Of a DNA stretch of 64,000 nt, positions 10,816-19,505 are shown piece by piece (the stretch's first letter is position 1; each line of letters opens with the position of its first letter). The DNA lies in contig BJGN01000001.1 in assembly GCA_014190515.1 (NCBI GenBank), positions 1,630 through 65,629 on the forward strand, read 5' to 3'. This DNA comes from Bacteroidota bacterium. GTDB taxonomy: Bacteria > Bacteroidota > Bacteroidia > Chitinophagales > Saprospiraceae. A model generated the notes under the pieces. That model ran no database searches, was not told the DNA's origin, and saw only the letters and a program-made list of their open reading frames with translations. The position numbers and the translations under genes are program-made.

Positions 10816-11834
10816 AATCCCCAGCTTACCATACCATATTGAACAAACTGATAAGGAAGGACATTACCCCCAATTTTTTCTAACGAACGAATTACATTAA
10901 ACTTATGATTTTCAGGGGCATAAAAAATCATAAAGCCACCACCACCAGCGCCTGAAATTTTCCCACCTGTTGCGCCTGCGTTCATAGCCGTTTCATAATA
11001 AAGATCAATAGAATCATTGGTAATTCCCTGCGCCATTGCCTTTTTCTGCTGCCAACCAAAATGAAGAATTTCTCCAATCTGATTTACTTCACCTTTCAAG
11101 AGCGCTTCTTTCATTAAAATGGCCTGCTCCTTTAACTGGTGCATGGCATCAATGGAAGATAAAACATTATTATTTACATTGTCTTGTTGCTTTTGAATAA
11201 TAGAAGATGAAAGCCTGGAAGTTTCTGTAAAAAATAACACCAGATTATTTTCCAATTCAAAAAGCACTTTTTCCTTAATTCTTAAAGGGTTGACAATCAC
11301 CTTATCATTGGCACCAAACTCCATGAAATTAAAACCGCCAAAAGTGGCAGCATATTGATCTTGTCTTCCCCCGGCCATTTTCAAATCTTCCCGTTCAATG
11401 GAATAGGCTAAATGAGCGATATCATATTCTCCGAGGGGAAGCTTAAATGCCTCTACAAAAACGCCTAAAATAGCTACAACTAAGGTAGAAGAAGAACCCA
11501 AGCCTGAACCAGGAGGGGCATCTACATAAGTAGTCAATTCAAAACCCTTCACCGGAATGTTGAAATCCTTTACTAACCGATTAAAAACGCCCTTTGCCAA
11601 ATCTAAATTGCCATCAAGCCTTAAAAGGGGACTCACCTCAATATTCACCTCTTCCCGCTTGTCCATGGCCTTTAAAACCACTTGGTGGTCATTTCTCAGC
11701 TTTAGAAAAGCGTAAGCAAATAAACTAATCGTCGCATTTAAAATGGCACCGCCATATTGATCTGTGTAAGGACTAACATCTGTTCCACCACCTGCTAACC
11801 CAATGCGCAGGGGTGCTTTACAGCGAACCATCAT
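10812..11834 (-). CDS. GHMP-family sugar kinase (D-glycero-D-manno-heptose 7-phosphate kinase HddA-like / anomeric sugar kinase)
   Basis: N-terminal APLRIGLAGGGTD, GHMP motif II PPGSGLGSSST and C-terminal GGKISGAGGGGF. The track start is a TTG at 11840; the ATG at 11834 is preferred. Confidence 0.7.
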   Translation of the reverse strand: MMVRCKAPLRIGLAGGGTDVSPYTDQYGGAILNATISLFAYAFLKLRNDHQVVLKAMDKREEVNIEVSPLLRLDGNLDLAKGVFNRLVKDFNIPVKGFELTTYVDAPPGSGLGSSSTLVVAILGVFVEAFKLPLGEYDIAHLAYSIEREDLKMAGGRQDQYAATFGGFNFMEFGANDKVIVNPLRIKEKVLFELENNLVLFFTETSRLSSSIIQKQQDNVNNNVLSSIDAMHQLKEQAILMKEALLKGEVNQIGEILHFGWQQKKAMAQGITNDSIDLYYETAMNAGATGGKISGAGGGGFMIFYAPENHKFNVIRSLEKIGGNVLPYQFVQYGMVSWGL

Positions 11835-11836
11835 AT

Positions 11837-12964
11837 TCAACCATTTTGAGATAAGTCAATCAAATTTTTAGTCATAACTGACCAAAGATATTTCTTTTTT
11901 TCCTGACGCAAGCCCTTTTCTAAGATTTGGCACTGCCCGGGATTTTCATAAAAATAATCTATTTTTGCTGCAATGTCCTCTGCATTTGGCGAAACCAAAT
12001 AACCAGAAATTCCATCGGGAACAATTTCAGCTAAACCACCAACATCTGTTACAATCATTGGTTTTTCGAAATGATAGGCAATTTGAGTGACGCCACTTTG
12101 CGTTGCATGCTTATAAGGCTGAACCACAAGATCGGCGGCACAAAAGTAAAGTCCAACCTCCTCATTTGAAATAAAATGATTTTTCCAGATCAATTTATCC
12201 TCAATCTCCCATTGTTTTGCCAGATCGAAATAAGGTTTTTCGTCTGTGTAAAACTCCCCGGCTATAATTAATTTTACGTTTTTACTTTTTGTTTTTGCCA
12301 ATCCCTCTATTAATAAATCAAGCCCTTTGTAGGGTCTGATAAACCCGAAGAACAACAGAACTTTTTCATCTTCATTTAATCCAAAATAATTCCTCGCAAT
12401 CATTTTATCCACTGGAGGTCCAAAATTATCGAATAATGGATGAGGGCTTAGAACACATTTCTTTTTAAGGGTAAATCGCTTTACATCAGAAGCTACGGAA
12501 TGGCTCATTGCTAAAAAAGCATCTATATTCCAAACGAAGAATGAAGTAAGCAAAGCGTCTAAAAACCTTTTTTCATGAGGAATTATATTATCTAAAATGG
12601 CCAGTCTTTTAATCGATTTCCTCCAGCCGGCTATCATAGAAATAACACCAAAACAAGGAGCCATAAAAGGAAGCCAATATTTAAAAAGAATGATATCAGG
12701 CTTTTGAGATAGTAAAAACAACCCGTTTCGAATCCAGGAAAATGGATTTATGGCATTAACCTGTCTTGTGATATGCAGATTTTCAGGTGCAGGACTATCG
12801 CTGAATTGTGTTTTCCCAGGAAATAAAAAAGAAGGGTATTGTAGCGTAAAGTTTAAAATCATTACTTCATGACCTTCCTCTTGAAATTGAGTCATTAACC
12901 GTTCATTGAAAGAAGCAAGTCCGCCTCTGAATGGGTGCGCTGTGCCGATCAAAATTATTTTCAC
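11837..12964 (-). CDS. Glycosyltransferase (GT-B, GT4/GT1-like)
   Basis: 375 aa. The C-terminal half LLFFGFIRPYKGLD...QPYKHATQSGV...PMIVTDVGGLAEIV follows the GT4 nucleotide-sugar binding pattern. Confidence 0.65.
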   Translation of the reverse strand: MKIILIGTAHPFRGGLASFNERLMTQFQEEGHEVMILNFTLQYPSFLFPGKTQFSDSPAPENLHITRQVNAINPFSWIRNGLFLLSQKPDIILFKYWLPFMAPCFGVISMIAGWRKSIKRLAILDNIIPHEKRFLDALLTSFFVWNIDAFLAMSHSVASDVKRFTLKKKCVLSPHPLFDNFGPPVDKMIARNYFGLNEDEKVLLFFGFIRPYKGLDLLIEGLAKTKSKNVKLIIAGEFYTDEKPYFDLAKQWEIEDKLIWKNHFISNEEVGLYFCAADLVVQPYKHATQSGVTQIAYHFEKPMIVTDVGGLAEIVPDGISGYLVSPNAEDIAAKIDYFYENPGQCQILEKGLRQEKKKYLWSVMTKNLIDLSQNG

Positions 12965-12986
12965 TCCATATCTTATTGATGAACCT

Positions 12987-12994
12987 CAAAAATA
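12987..12994 (-). promoter_or_regulatory. -7 type promoter motif TATTTTTG on the minus strand
   Basis: Plus strand reads CAAAAATA. It lies 22 nt upstream of the glycosyltransferase start at 12964, back to back with the gmhA motif. Confidence 0.4.
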
Positions 12995-13006
12995 ATCTAT
13001 TTTATG

Positions 13007-13014
13007 TACTTTTG
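13007..13014 (+). promoter_or_regulatory. -7 type promoter motif TACTTTTG
   Basis: Exact TAnnTTTG match 35 nt upstream of the gmhA ATG (13049). Confidence 0.45.
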
Positions 13015-13048
13015 AGGACTTTTCCATTGGTTTACCAACAATACAATC

Positions 13049-13639
13049 ATGCAAGAAATTATTACTAAAAGATTTAAAGAGTCTGTTGAAAGTAAACAAG
13101 CCCTTTTAAATAATACGGGATTAACCATTCTAATGAGTGAAATGGCTCAACGGATGATTGCCGCGCTTCGAAATGGCAATAAAATAATGTTTTGTGGAAA
13201 TGGCGGCAGTGCTGTCGATGCCATGCATCTTGCTGCTGAACTCTCCGGGAGATACTACTTTGATAGAAAACCCTTGAATGCTGAGGCATTAAGTGCTGAT
13301 AATGCTTTTTTAACGGCCGTAGCTAACGATTATGGTTACGAAAAGGTCTTTTCCCGTTTACTTACCGCCAAAGGGAAACCTGGTGATATTCTGTTGGGGC
13401 TTTCAACCTCCGGCAACTCACAAAATGTTATCAATGCTTTTGAATATGCCAGGGAAAACGATATCATTACCATAGGTTTTACAGGACAAAATACATGTAA
13501 AATGGACCCATTAAGTAATTATCTTTTTAAGGCTCCATCTACTGACACCCCAAGAATTCAGGAATGTCACATGCTGGTAGGACACATTTTATGTGAATTA
13601 GTGGAAATTGATTTTTTAAGAGATACCGCAATAGCTTAG
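13049..13639 (+). CDS. gmhA: D-sedoheptulose 7-phosphate isomerase (SIS domain)
   Basis: Hallmark FCGNGGSAVDAMHLAAEL and GLSTSGNSQNVINA; 196 aa. Confidence 0.85.
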   Translation: MQEIITKRFKESVESKQALLNNTGLTILMSEMAQRMIAALRNGNKIMFCGNGGSAVDAMHLAAELSGRYYFDRKPLNAEALSADNAFLTAVANDYGYEKVFSRLLTAKGKPGDILLGLSTSGNSQNVINAFEYARENDIITIGFTGQNTCKMDPLSNYLFKAPSTDTPRIQECHMLVGHILCELVEIDFLRDTAIA

Positions 13640-13651
13640 ATTCCAACCTTT

Positions 13652-15484
13652 ATGACAACGGAGGAATATAAAGAATTGGCTGAAACCATTCCAAAAACAC
13701 CAGGCGTTTACCGATTTTGTAAACAGGATGGTACCATTCTTTATGTAGGGAAAGCTAAAAACCTAAGGAATAGGGTTTCTTCTTATTTTGGAGAGAGACG
13801 GGATCGTCTTTTTCGAACCCGCATCATGGTTAAAAATGCTGATTTTCTCAATTTTACCATGGTCGAATCTGAAACAGATGCGCTGCTTTTAGAAAGTGCC
13901 CTCATAAAGGAGCATCAGCCAAGATATAATGTTTCTCTCAAAGATGATAAATCCTACTCCTATATTTGCATTAAAAATGAACGATTCCCAAGGGTAATCA
14001 TTACCCGCAGAGTCATTAGAGATGGATCTGTTTATTTTGGACCTTATACCTCAAAAGGCAGACTAAAAATAATATTGGAATTAATCAAACAATTATTTCC
14101 TCTAAGAACCTGTGTTTTTAATCTGAGTGAGGAAAATATTAGAGATGGAAAAGTTAAGCTTTGCCTCGAATATCATATTAAAAATTGCATGGGGCCCTGT
14201 GCAGGATTAGAATCAGAGCTTATTTACAATGAAAAAATAGAACAAATTAAGAATATACTTAAAGGCCATTTTAGTTCTGTATTACAGCATTTTAAAAAAA
14301 TAATGAACCAATATGCTGAAGAACTGGCCTTTGAAAAAGCACAGGCTATTAAAGAAAAATTAGCTGCTTTTGAAGACTATCAGGCTAAATCCACCATTGT
14401 AAGCCATACTATCAGGGATGTTGATGTTTTTACCATTTTAACAGATGAAAAAGAGGCTTATATCAATTATTTGAGGGTGGTCAATGGGGCTATCATACAG
14501 GCTCATACGCAGGAACTTACCCTTCAACTGGAGGAAGAAGAACCGGAAGATTTACTGTCTTTAGCTATTCCAATTATCAGGGATCGGTTCAATAGCTTTG
14601 CTCCTGAGATAATTACATCGATTCCTGTTGTCTTAACTGAAACCAATGTAAAAAATACAGTACCTCAAATTGGTGATAAGAAAAAATTACTTGAACTCTC
14701 AGAAAGAAATGTGCTTTACTATAAACTTCAAAAAAAGAAAGATCTTTTAAGTAAAGAAAAGAAACAAACTCCTACGGAAAGGATTTTGAAGCAATTACAA
14801 AAAGACTTAAATATGCCAGAAGTACCTTTTCATATTGACTGTTTTGACAACTCTAATATACAAGGTACCCATCCAGTTTCTTCTTGCGTTGTATTCAAAA
14901 ATGCCAAACCATCAAAAAAAGATTACCGCCATTTTCATGTTAAAACAGTCATTGGGCCCAATGATTTTGCCAGTATGGAAGAAGTAGTTTATCGCAGATA
15001 TAAGAGAATTTTAGACGAAGGAAAAGATTTACCCCAATTAGTAGTCATTGACGGAGGAAAAGGACAGTTGGGTGCCGCTATGAAAAGCATAGAACAACTG
15101 GGATTAAGTGGGAAAATGACCGTTATAGGTATTGCCAAGCGATTAGAAGAAATATTTTTCCCCGGTGATGCGGTACCGCTTTACATTAATAAAAAGTCAG
15201 AATCATTAAAATTAATTCAACAGGCCAGAAATGAAGCGCATAGATTTGCCATAACTTTCCATAGAACGATAAGGTCCAAAAATTTTATCCAATCGGAATT
15301 AGAAAATATTCAGGGGATTGGGGAAAAAACGATACAGACATTATTGAGCGCTCTTGGTTCAGTAAAAAAAATAGTGGAAGCCAGCGATGAGACCCTCACC
15401 AGTCTTTGTGGAGAACACAGAGCAAAATTACTTCGCGCCTACTTTGATTTAAAATCTTCCAGTGAAACGCAACCAAATCTATAA
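13652..15484 (+). CDS. uvrC: Excinuclease ABC subunit C
   Basis: GIY-YIG domain PGVYRFCKQDGTILYVGKAKNLRNRVSSYF, UVR domain, endonuclease V-like domain, C-terminal HhH LENIQGIGEKT. 610 aa. Confidence 0.95.
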   Translation: MTTEEYKELAETIPKTPGVYRFCKQDGTILYVGKAKNLRNRVSSYFGERRDRLFRTRIMVKNADFLNFTMVESETDALLLESALIKEHQPRYNVSLKDDKSYSYICIKNERFPRVIITRRVIRDGSVYFGPYTSKGRLKIILELIKQLFPLRTCVFNLSEENIRDGKVKLCLEYHIKNCMGPCAGLESELIYNEKIEQIKNILKGHFSSVLQHFKKIMNQYAEELAFEKAQAIKEKLAAFEDYQAKSTIVSHTIRDVDVFTILTDEKEAYINYLRVVNGAIIQAHTQELTLQLEEEEPEDLLSLAIPIIRDRFNSFAPEIITSIPVVLTETNVKNTVPQIGDKKKLLELSERNVLYYKLQKKKDLLSKEKKQTPTERILKQLQKDLNMPEVPFHIDCFDNSNIQGTHPVSSCVVFKNAKPSKKDYRHFHVKTVIGPNDFASMEEVVYRRYKRILDEGKDLPQLVVIDGGKGQLGAAMKSIEQLGLSGKMTVIGIAKRLEEIFFPGDAVPLYINKKSESLKLIQQARNEAHRFAITFHRTIRSKNFIQSELENIQGIGEKTIQTLLSALGSVKKIVEASDETLTSLCGEHRAKLLRAYFDLKSSSETQPNL

Positions 15485-16273
15485 ACTTTTAGTACGCCCC
15501 CCATCGACAATAATACTGGTTCCTGTGACATAAGAAGCTGCCGGACTGGCTAAAAAGGCGGCAACATCGGCTATTTCCTCAGGTGTACCAAAACGTCTCA
15601 TTGGGATGGATAATTTACTTTGATTTATTTGTTCTTCCTTGGAAAGGCCATTTTGATCAGCCCAAATTTCCATTAAAGTATCCAACCTTTCCGTAGCGGT
15701 AAATCCAGGAAGAATATTATTCACAGTAATTCCATAAGGTGCCACTTCATTGGCCAGCGTTTTTGCCCAGGACGCCATGGCAGCACGGGTGGTATTGGAT
15801 ACTCCCAATCCATCAATTGGCATACGAACAGAGGTACTTATAATGTTGATAATTCTACCATACCCCACCTCTTTCATTTTTTCAGTCATCAATTGAACAG
15901 AAAGGTGGCTACAATGCAAATGCATCTGAAAAGCTTGCTGAAATGCTTCCCAATCGGCCGATAAAATAGCTCCTGCCGGAGGACCTCCCGTATTATTAAT
16001 CAAAATATGATAGGTTTTTACATTTAACAATATTTGTAATTTCCGTTTAATGTCTGCCGGGTCATTTCCGTCCACGACCAAATAGTCGTGATCCTGATGA
16101 TCTACTACTCTTTTCTTATTTAGTTCCAAACTTATTTCTGCTAATTTCTCAGCAGAACGGGCAGCCAACGTAACATTTGCCCCCAGAGAAGCTAAAGAAA
16201 ATGCAATAGCCCTGCCAATCCCTTTGCTTGCGCCAAATACAAAAGCATTTTTGCCAGTTAAATCTATATTCAT
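15479..16273 (-). CDS. Short-chain dehydrogenase/reductase family protein with an atypical active site
   Basis: Rossmann GASKGIGRAIA, NNTG, and the PG motif in NNILPGF. At the position of the classical YxxxK, by-eye alignment to FabG gives S-N-T-T-R. Confidence 0.75.
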   Translation of the reverse strand: MNIDLTGKNAFVFGASKGIGRAIAFSLASLGANVTLAARSAEKLAEISLELNKKRVVDHQDHDYLVVDGNDPADIKRKLQILLNVKTYHILINNTGGPPAGAILSADWEAFQQAFQMHLHCSHLSVQLMTEKMKEVGYGRIINIISTSVRMPIDGLGVSNTTRAAMASWAKTLANEVAPYGITVNNILPGFTATERLDTLMEIWADQNGLSKEEQINQSKLSIPMRRFGTPEEIADVAAFLASPAASYVTGTSIIVDGGRTKSL

Positions 16274-16339
16274 ACCTTTTATTTTATACCTTAAAAACAG
16301 CTATACCATCTTTGCTCGTTAATTTATTAATTTTGATGC

Positions 16340-17122
16340 ATGGAAACAAGAAAATTCATTTATTTCGCTTCAGATTTTCATCTGGGGGCTGGCACTTTAG
16401 CTGAAAGTCTCCTTAGAGAAAAAAAGATTATCCGATGGTTGGACCAGGAAGTTAAACTGAATGCCTCTGAACTGTACCTTCTTGGTGATATTTTTGAATG
16501 CTGGTTCGAATACAAAAAAGTAGTCCCCAGGGGATTTACCCGCCTCTTAGGTAAGCTGGCCGAACTGGCAGATCTTGGAATACAAGTAACTATGTTTACA
16601 GGGAACCATGATATATGGATGTTTGGTTATCTGGAAGAGGAATTGGGTGTATCCCTGAACAAATCGGAAATAATTAAAGAATGGGGTGGAAAAAAGTTTC
16701 TGCTCGGTCATGGTGATGGTCTTGGACCTGGTGATTATGGCTATAAAAGAATGAAAAAAGTATTTACTCACCCTCTTGCTCAATGGGCTTATAGCCAGTT
16801 ACATCCAAATCTTGGTCTGTCTTTGGCCCAATATTTCTCCTCCCTTAGCAGAAAACACAATACCGAACCCCAGCATTTTATGGGTACTAAAAAAGAATGG
16901 CTTGTACAATATTGTGAAGAAAAAATAAAGGAGGAGAACATTGATTACTTTATTTTTGGACACAGGCACTTACCTATCAACCTTACCCTTTCAAATGAAA
17001 AGAGCAGATATATCAATTTAGGGGACTGGTTAACTTATTTCAGCTACGCACGCTGGGACGGGACAGAAATGTATTATCATTTTTTTGAAAATAATCAGGG
17101 GGAAGTATATGAAAATATTTAG
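16340..17122 (+). CDS. lpxH: UDP-2,3-diacylglucosamine diphosphatase
   Basis: Calcineurin-like metallophosphoesterase motifs SDFHLG, GDIFECW, GNHD, GHGD and GHRH in LpxH order and spacing. 260 aa. Confidence 0.8.
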   Translation: METRKFIYFASDFHLGAGTLAESLLREKKIIRWLDQEVKLNASELYLLGDIFECWFEYKKVVPRGFTRLLGKLAELADLGIQVTMFTGNHDIWMFGYLEEELGVSLNKSEIIKEWGGKKFLLGHGDGLGPGDYGYKRMKKVFTHPLAQWAYSQLHPNLGLSLAQYFSSLSRKHNTEPQHFMGTKKEWLVQYCEEKIKEENIDYFIFGHRHLPINLTLSNEKSRYINLGDWLTYFSYARWDGTEMYYHFFENNQGEVYENI

Positions 17123-17903
17123 GCAACTGATATGTTTAATACCATTGTGCAGTCAATTATTAGGGCAGACCACAGCGTCTTATACCCTAAAGCTTTCTAA
17201 AAATACGGATCTTTTCAAAATGGATGTGCTGGAGCAGATTTATACACTGTCTGTAGACCAGTATCTAAAAAAATGGGATACAAAGGGGAATTTACTGTTT
17301 CAATTTATTAATAACAGAGACGGGAAAATGACCCATATCGATGTAAGAAATCCTTTACAAATACTCCTTTTTTATATGGATCAACAAAGATTTGTAACTT
17401 TGGACAGAACCCTGACTCCTTTAAAAGAATGGCAAATTAATCAAGAAGAATGGGGCTTCATCGGTTGTGCCGCAACAGGTAAGAACGACCATATCTGGTT
17501 ATTCGATCAATTCAACTATCAGTTAGGCAGCGTAGGTGATGAGGGTAAGATAGAAAGGCTAAAAACAGATTTAATTTTTTGTTGCCCCCAACCACCTGAA
17601 ATAATGTTTATGGCACAAACGGAAGACCACCTGTATTTGTTTGACCAGAATCAAGGCATTATTCAATGCGATTTACTGGGTCAGTTTCTTCTATTTATTC
17701 CTTTAAAAGAATGGCAAAAGGTACTGACTTTCGGAAACACAATATGGATTATAAAAAATGAAAAAGTAGTTGAAATAAGTAATAGAGGACAGATTAGAGA
17801 ATTCAGTGGTTTAAAAGATACGAACCTCATTGTTGGTTTCAATAATAAAGAAATACTTTTGAATGACGGTAAAAGCGAACAGGTTACAATAATAAAGAGG
17901 TAG
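17109..17903 (+). CDS. Hypothetical secreted protein
   Basis: Signal peptide MKIFRQLICLIPLCSQLLGQ if started at the internal ATG at 17109, which overlaps the lpxH 3' end by 14 nt. No recognisable motif. Confidence 0.5.
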   Translation: MKIFRQLICLIPLCSQLLGQTTASYTLKLSKNTDLFKMDVLEQIYTLSVDQYLKKWDTKGNLLFQFINNRDGKMTHIDVRNPLQILLFYMDQQRFVTLDRTLTPLKEWQINQEEWGFIGCAATGKNDHIWLFDQFNYQLGSVGDEGKIERLKTDLIFCCPQPPEIMFMAQTEDHLYLFDQNQGIIQCDLLGQFLLFIPLKEWQKVLTFGNTIWIIKNEKVVEISNRGQIREFSGLKDTNLIVGFNNKEILLNDGKSEQVTIIKR

Positions 17904-17912
17904 AGAAAAAAT

Positions 17913-19319
17913 CTATCCCTTTTTCCAGGAAAACTGGTTAACCTTACGACCTACACGAATACCCAGATTCACGCCCTGCTCACAATCCATTCTAAAATGC
18001 ACCCCTAACGGAACCCTTGAAATAGCGTTTTCATTAGCCATTTCGTAGAAAGAGTTGAACTGACGAGGTTTACCACCTTCAAAATCTTCTCTACCTTCAT
18101 GGCAACGGTCAGTCATTGGAAAATAATTCCCAAAAATATCAGTTAGCACCTCCGCTGCAGCACCTCCCATGGTTGAATGACCAGATGGATAAGCAGGGAA
18201 ATTTGGTGAAATACCAGTCTCTTTTGTCAATGGATTGTATAAGGCAGGTTGCCAGGAGGACCTCATCATTTTTCTGATATAAGTAACAGGTCTCTCGACA
18301 TCGTAGAAATATTTTGAATACCAGCAGGCTACCACACAATCATTTAATGCTATGCATAATTTTGCATTAGCATAAACAGCTGTTTCCAAATCTACATTTT
18401 CCAGTTCATAAACTTGATTGGCAATAGCCAACCATCTTGAAGGGGGACTGAAGGTTAAACCTGTTAAATCATCGCTCCAAAAAAAGGCCAGCCATCTTTG
18501 ATCTGGTGTCGGATTATTTACAGATGCATACACTTCCGCTGCTTGAACATAGTATTGAGAATTAACTTCTTCACTGTAAGGAATGGGCGCAGGAATTAAC
18601 TTATCCCCTTCATTAATAACAAAGGTACGGGCATAGCCATAATCAGGGAACATACCAGCTCCACTCGCATTAGTAGGATTAAACCTACCTGGCTTTGGAC
18701 TGGTTGTATATTTACTTACTGTATTCCTAAATGGATTTAAATGATAATTATGCCCAACAGCGTCAGTTTTAGCAAATTCAAAAACAGCTTCTGCTATTTT
18801 AATACCGTATTCATCTGATTTAATGATGCTTTCAGCCGACGCATCATCTTTATAATCATTTTTGAGTTTATTATATAACGCAGAAATTTTTGCAAACTTG
18901 TCTGCTGGAATACCATTGACGTTGCCCATAAAACTAGAGAGCAACTTGCTATAAATAGCATTAACTACGGTTGGATAATGATAATCAACGAGAGGTTCTT
19001 GAGTAGGAAGGTTTAAACCCGGATAATTAAATCGTAAACTTTTGAAAGCTGGCATATCTATAACACAAGCTTCGTAACAAGCTAACCCTATATAGGCCAT
19101 AGCTCTGGGCGCCGGACAAGGTCTGAAACCCTGGGCATAGCGTTCGAGATCAAGAAAAAGATTATTCCATTCCTGAATAACATCCCCACTAAAATCTTTG
19201 GTTAATCTGGAAGAAAAAATCTCTGGATTATCTTTTTTACATCCATTTACAAATAAAACAGATAGGATTACTATTATTAAAAATGGCTTCGTTATTAGGT
19301 TTGGGAGAAGTTTTTTCAT
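17913..19319 (-). CDS. PAP2-superfamily lipoprotein, vanadium-dependent haloperoxidase-like
   Basis: Lipobox LFVNGC. All three PAP2/haloperoxidase motifs are present: KYFYDVERP (Kx6RP), PAYPSGHS (PSGH) and SRVPLGVHFRMD (SRx5Hx3D). It also has a long helical N-terminal region as in bacterial V-haloperoxidases. Confidence 0.65.
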   Translation of the reverse strand: MKKLLPNLITKPFLIIVILSVLFVNGCKKDNPEIFSSRLTKDFSGDVIQEWNNLFLDLERYAQGFRPCPAPRAMAYIGLACYEACVIDMPAFKSLRFNYPGLNLPTQEPLVDYHYPTVVNAIYSKLLSSFMGNVNGIPADKFAKISALYNKLKNDYKDDASAESIIKSDEYGIKIAEAVFEFAKTDAVGHNYHLNPFRNTVSKYTTSPKPGRFNPTNASGAGMFPDYGYARTFVINEGDKLIPAPIPYSEEVNSQYYVQAAEVYASVNNPTPDQRWLAFFWSDDLTGLTFSPPSRWLAIANQVYELENVDLETAVYANAKLCIALNDCVVACWYSKYFYDVERPVTYIRKMMRSSWQPALYNPLTKETGISPNFPAYPSGHSTMGGAAAEVLTDIFGNYFPMTDRCHEGREDFEGGKPRQFNSFYEMANENAISRVPLGVHFRMDCEQGVNLGIRVGRKVNQFSWKKG

Positions 19320-19451
19320 AAGTTAGTATTAAAGGAAAATTCGTTGCAAGATATTAATTTTATTACAAAAAATCAAAATAACAAATGTCATTTTTTTTTT
19401 AATTGAATATACCCTTCGTAAACTACCCTTTGTCCTTTATGAGAAATTAAG

Positions 19452-19459
19452 TAGATTTG
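19452..19459 (+). promoter_or_regulatory. -7 type promoter motif TAGATTTG, bracketed by the 8-bp inverted repeat TATGAGAA/TTCTCATA (19438-19445 / 19460-19467)
   Basis: Exact TAnnTTTG match 47 nt upstream of the pdxA ATG. The perfect 8-bp arms were read directly. Confidence 0.4.
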
Positions 19460-19505
19460 TTCTCATAGTGAATATTCTCTGGTTAAGAGGCAATAATTGT
19501 AAATT

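Noticed and set aside
12725-12735. tRNA T-loop-like string GTTTCGAATCC
   Set aside because: It lies inside the glycosyltransferase CDS. No acceptor or anticodon stems can be drawn around it. I found no tRNA-like cloverleaf anywhere in the intergenic regions.
19391-19400. T10 homopolymer in the haloperoxidase-like / pdxA divergent region as a possible phase-variation tract
   Set aside because: It lies about 50 nt upstream of the pdxA -7 motif and about 70 nt upstream of the haloperoxidase-like start, so it is not positioned between identifiable promoter elements. T and A runs of 8-10 are common throughout this AT-rich window, including inside coding sequence.
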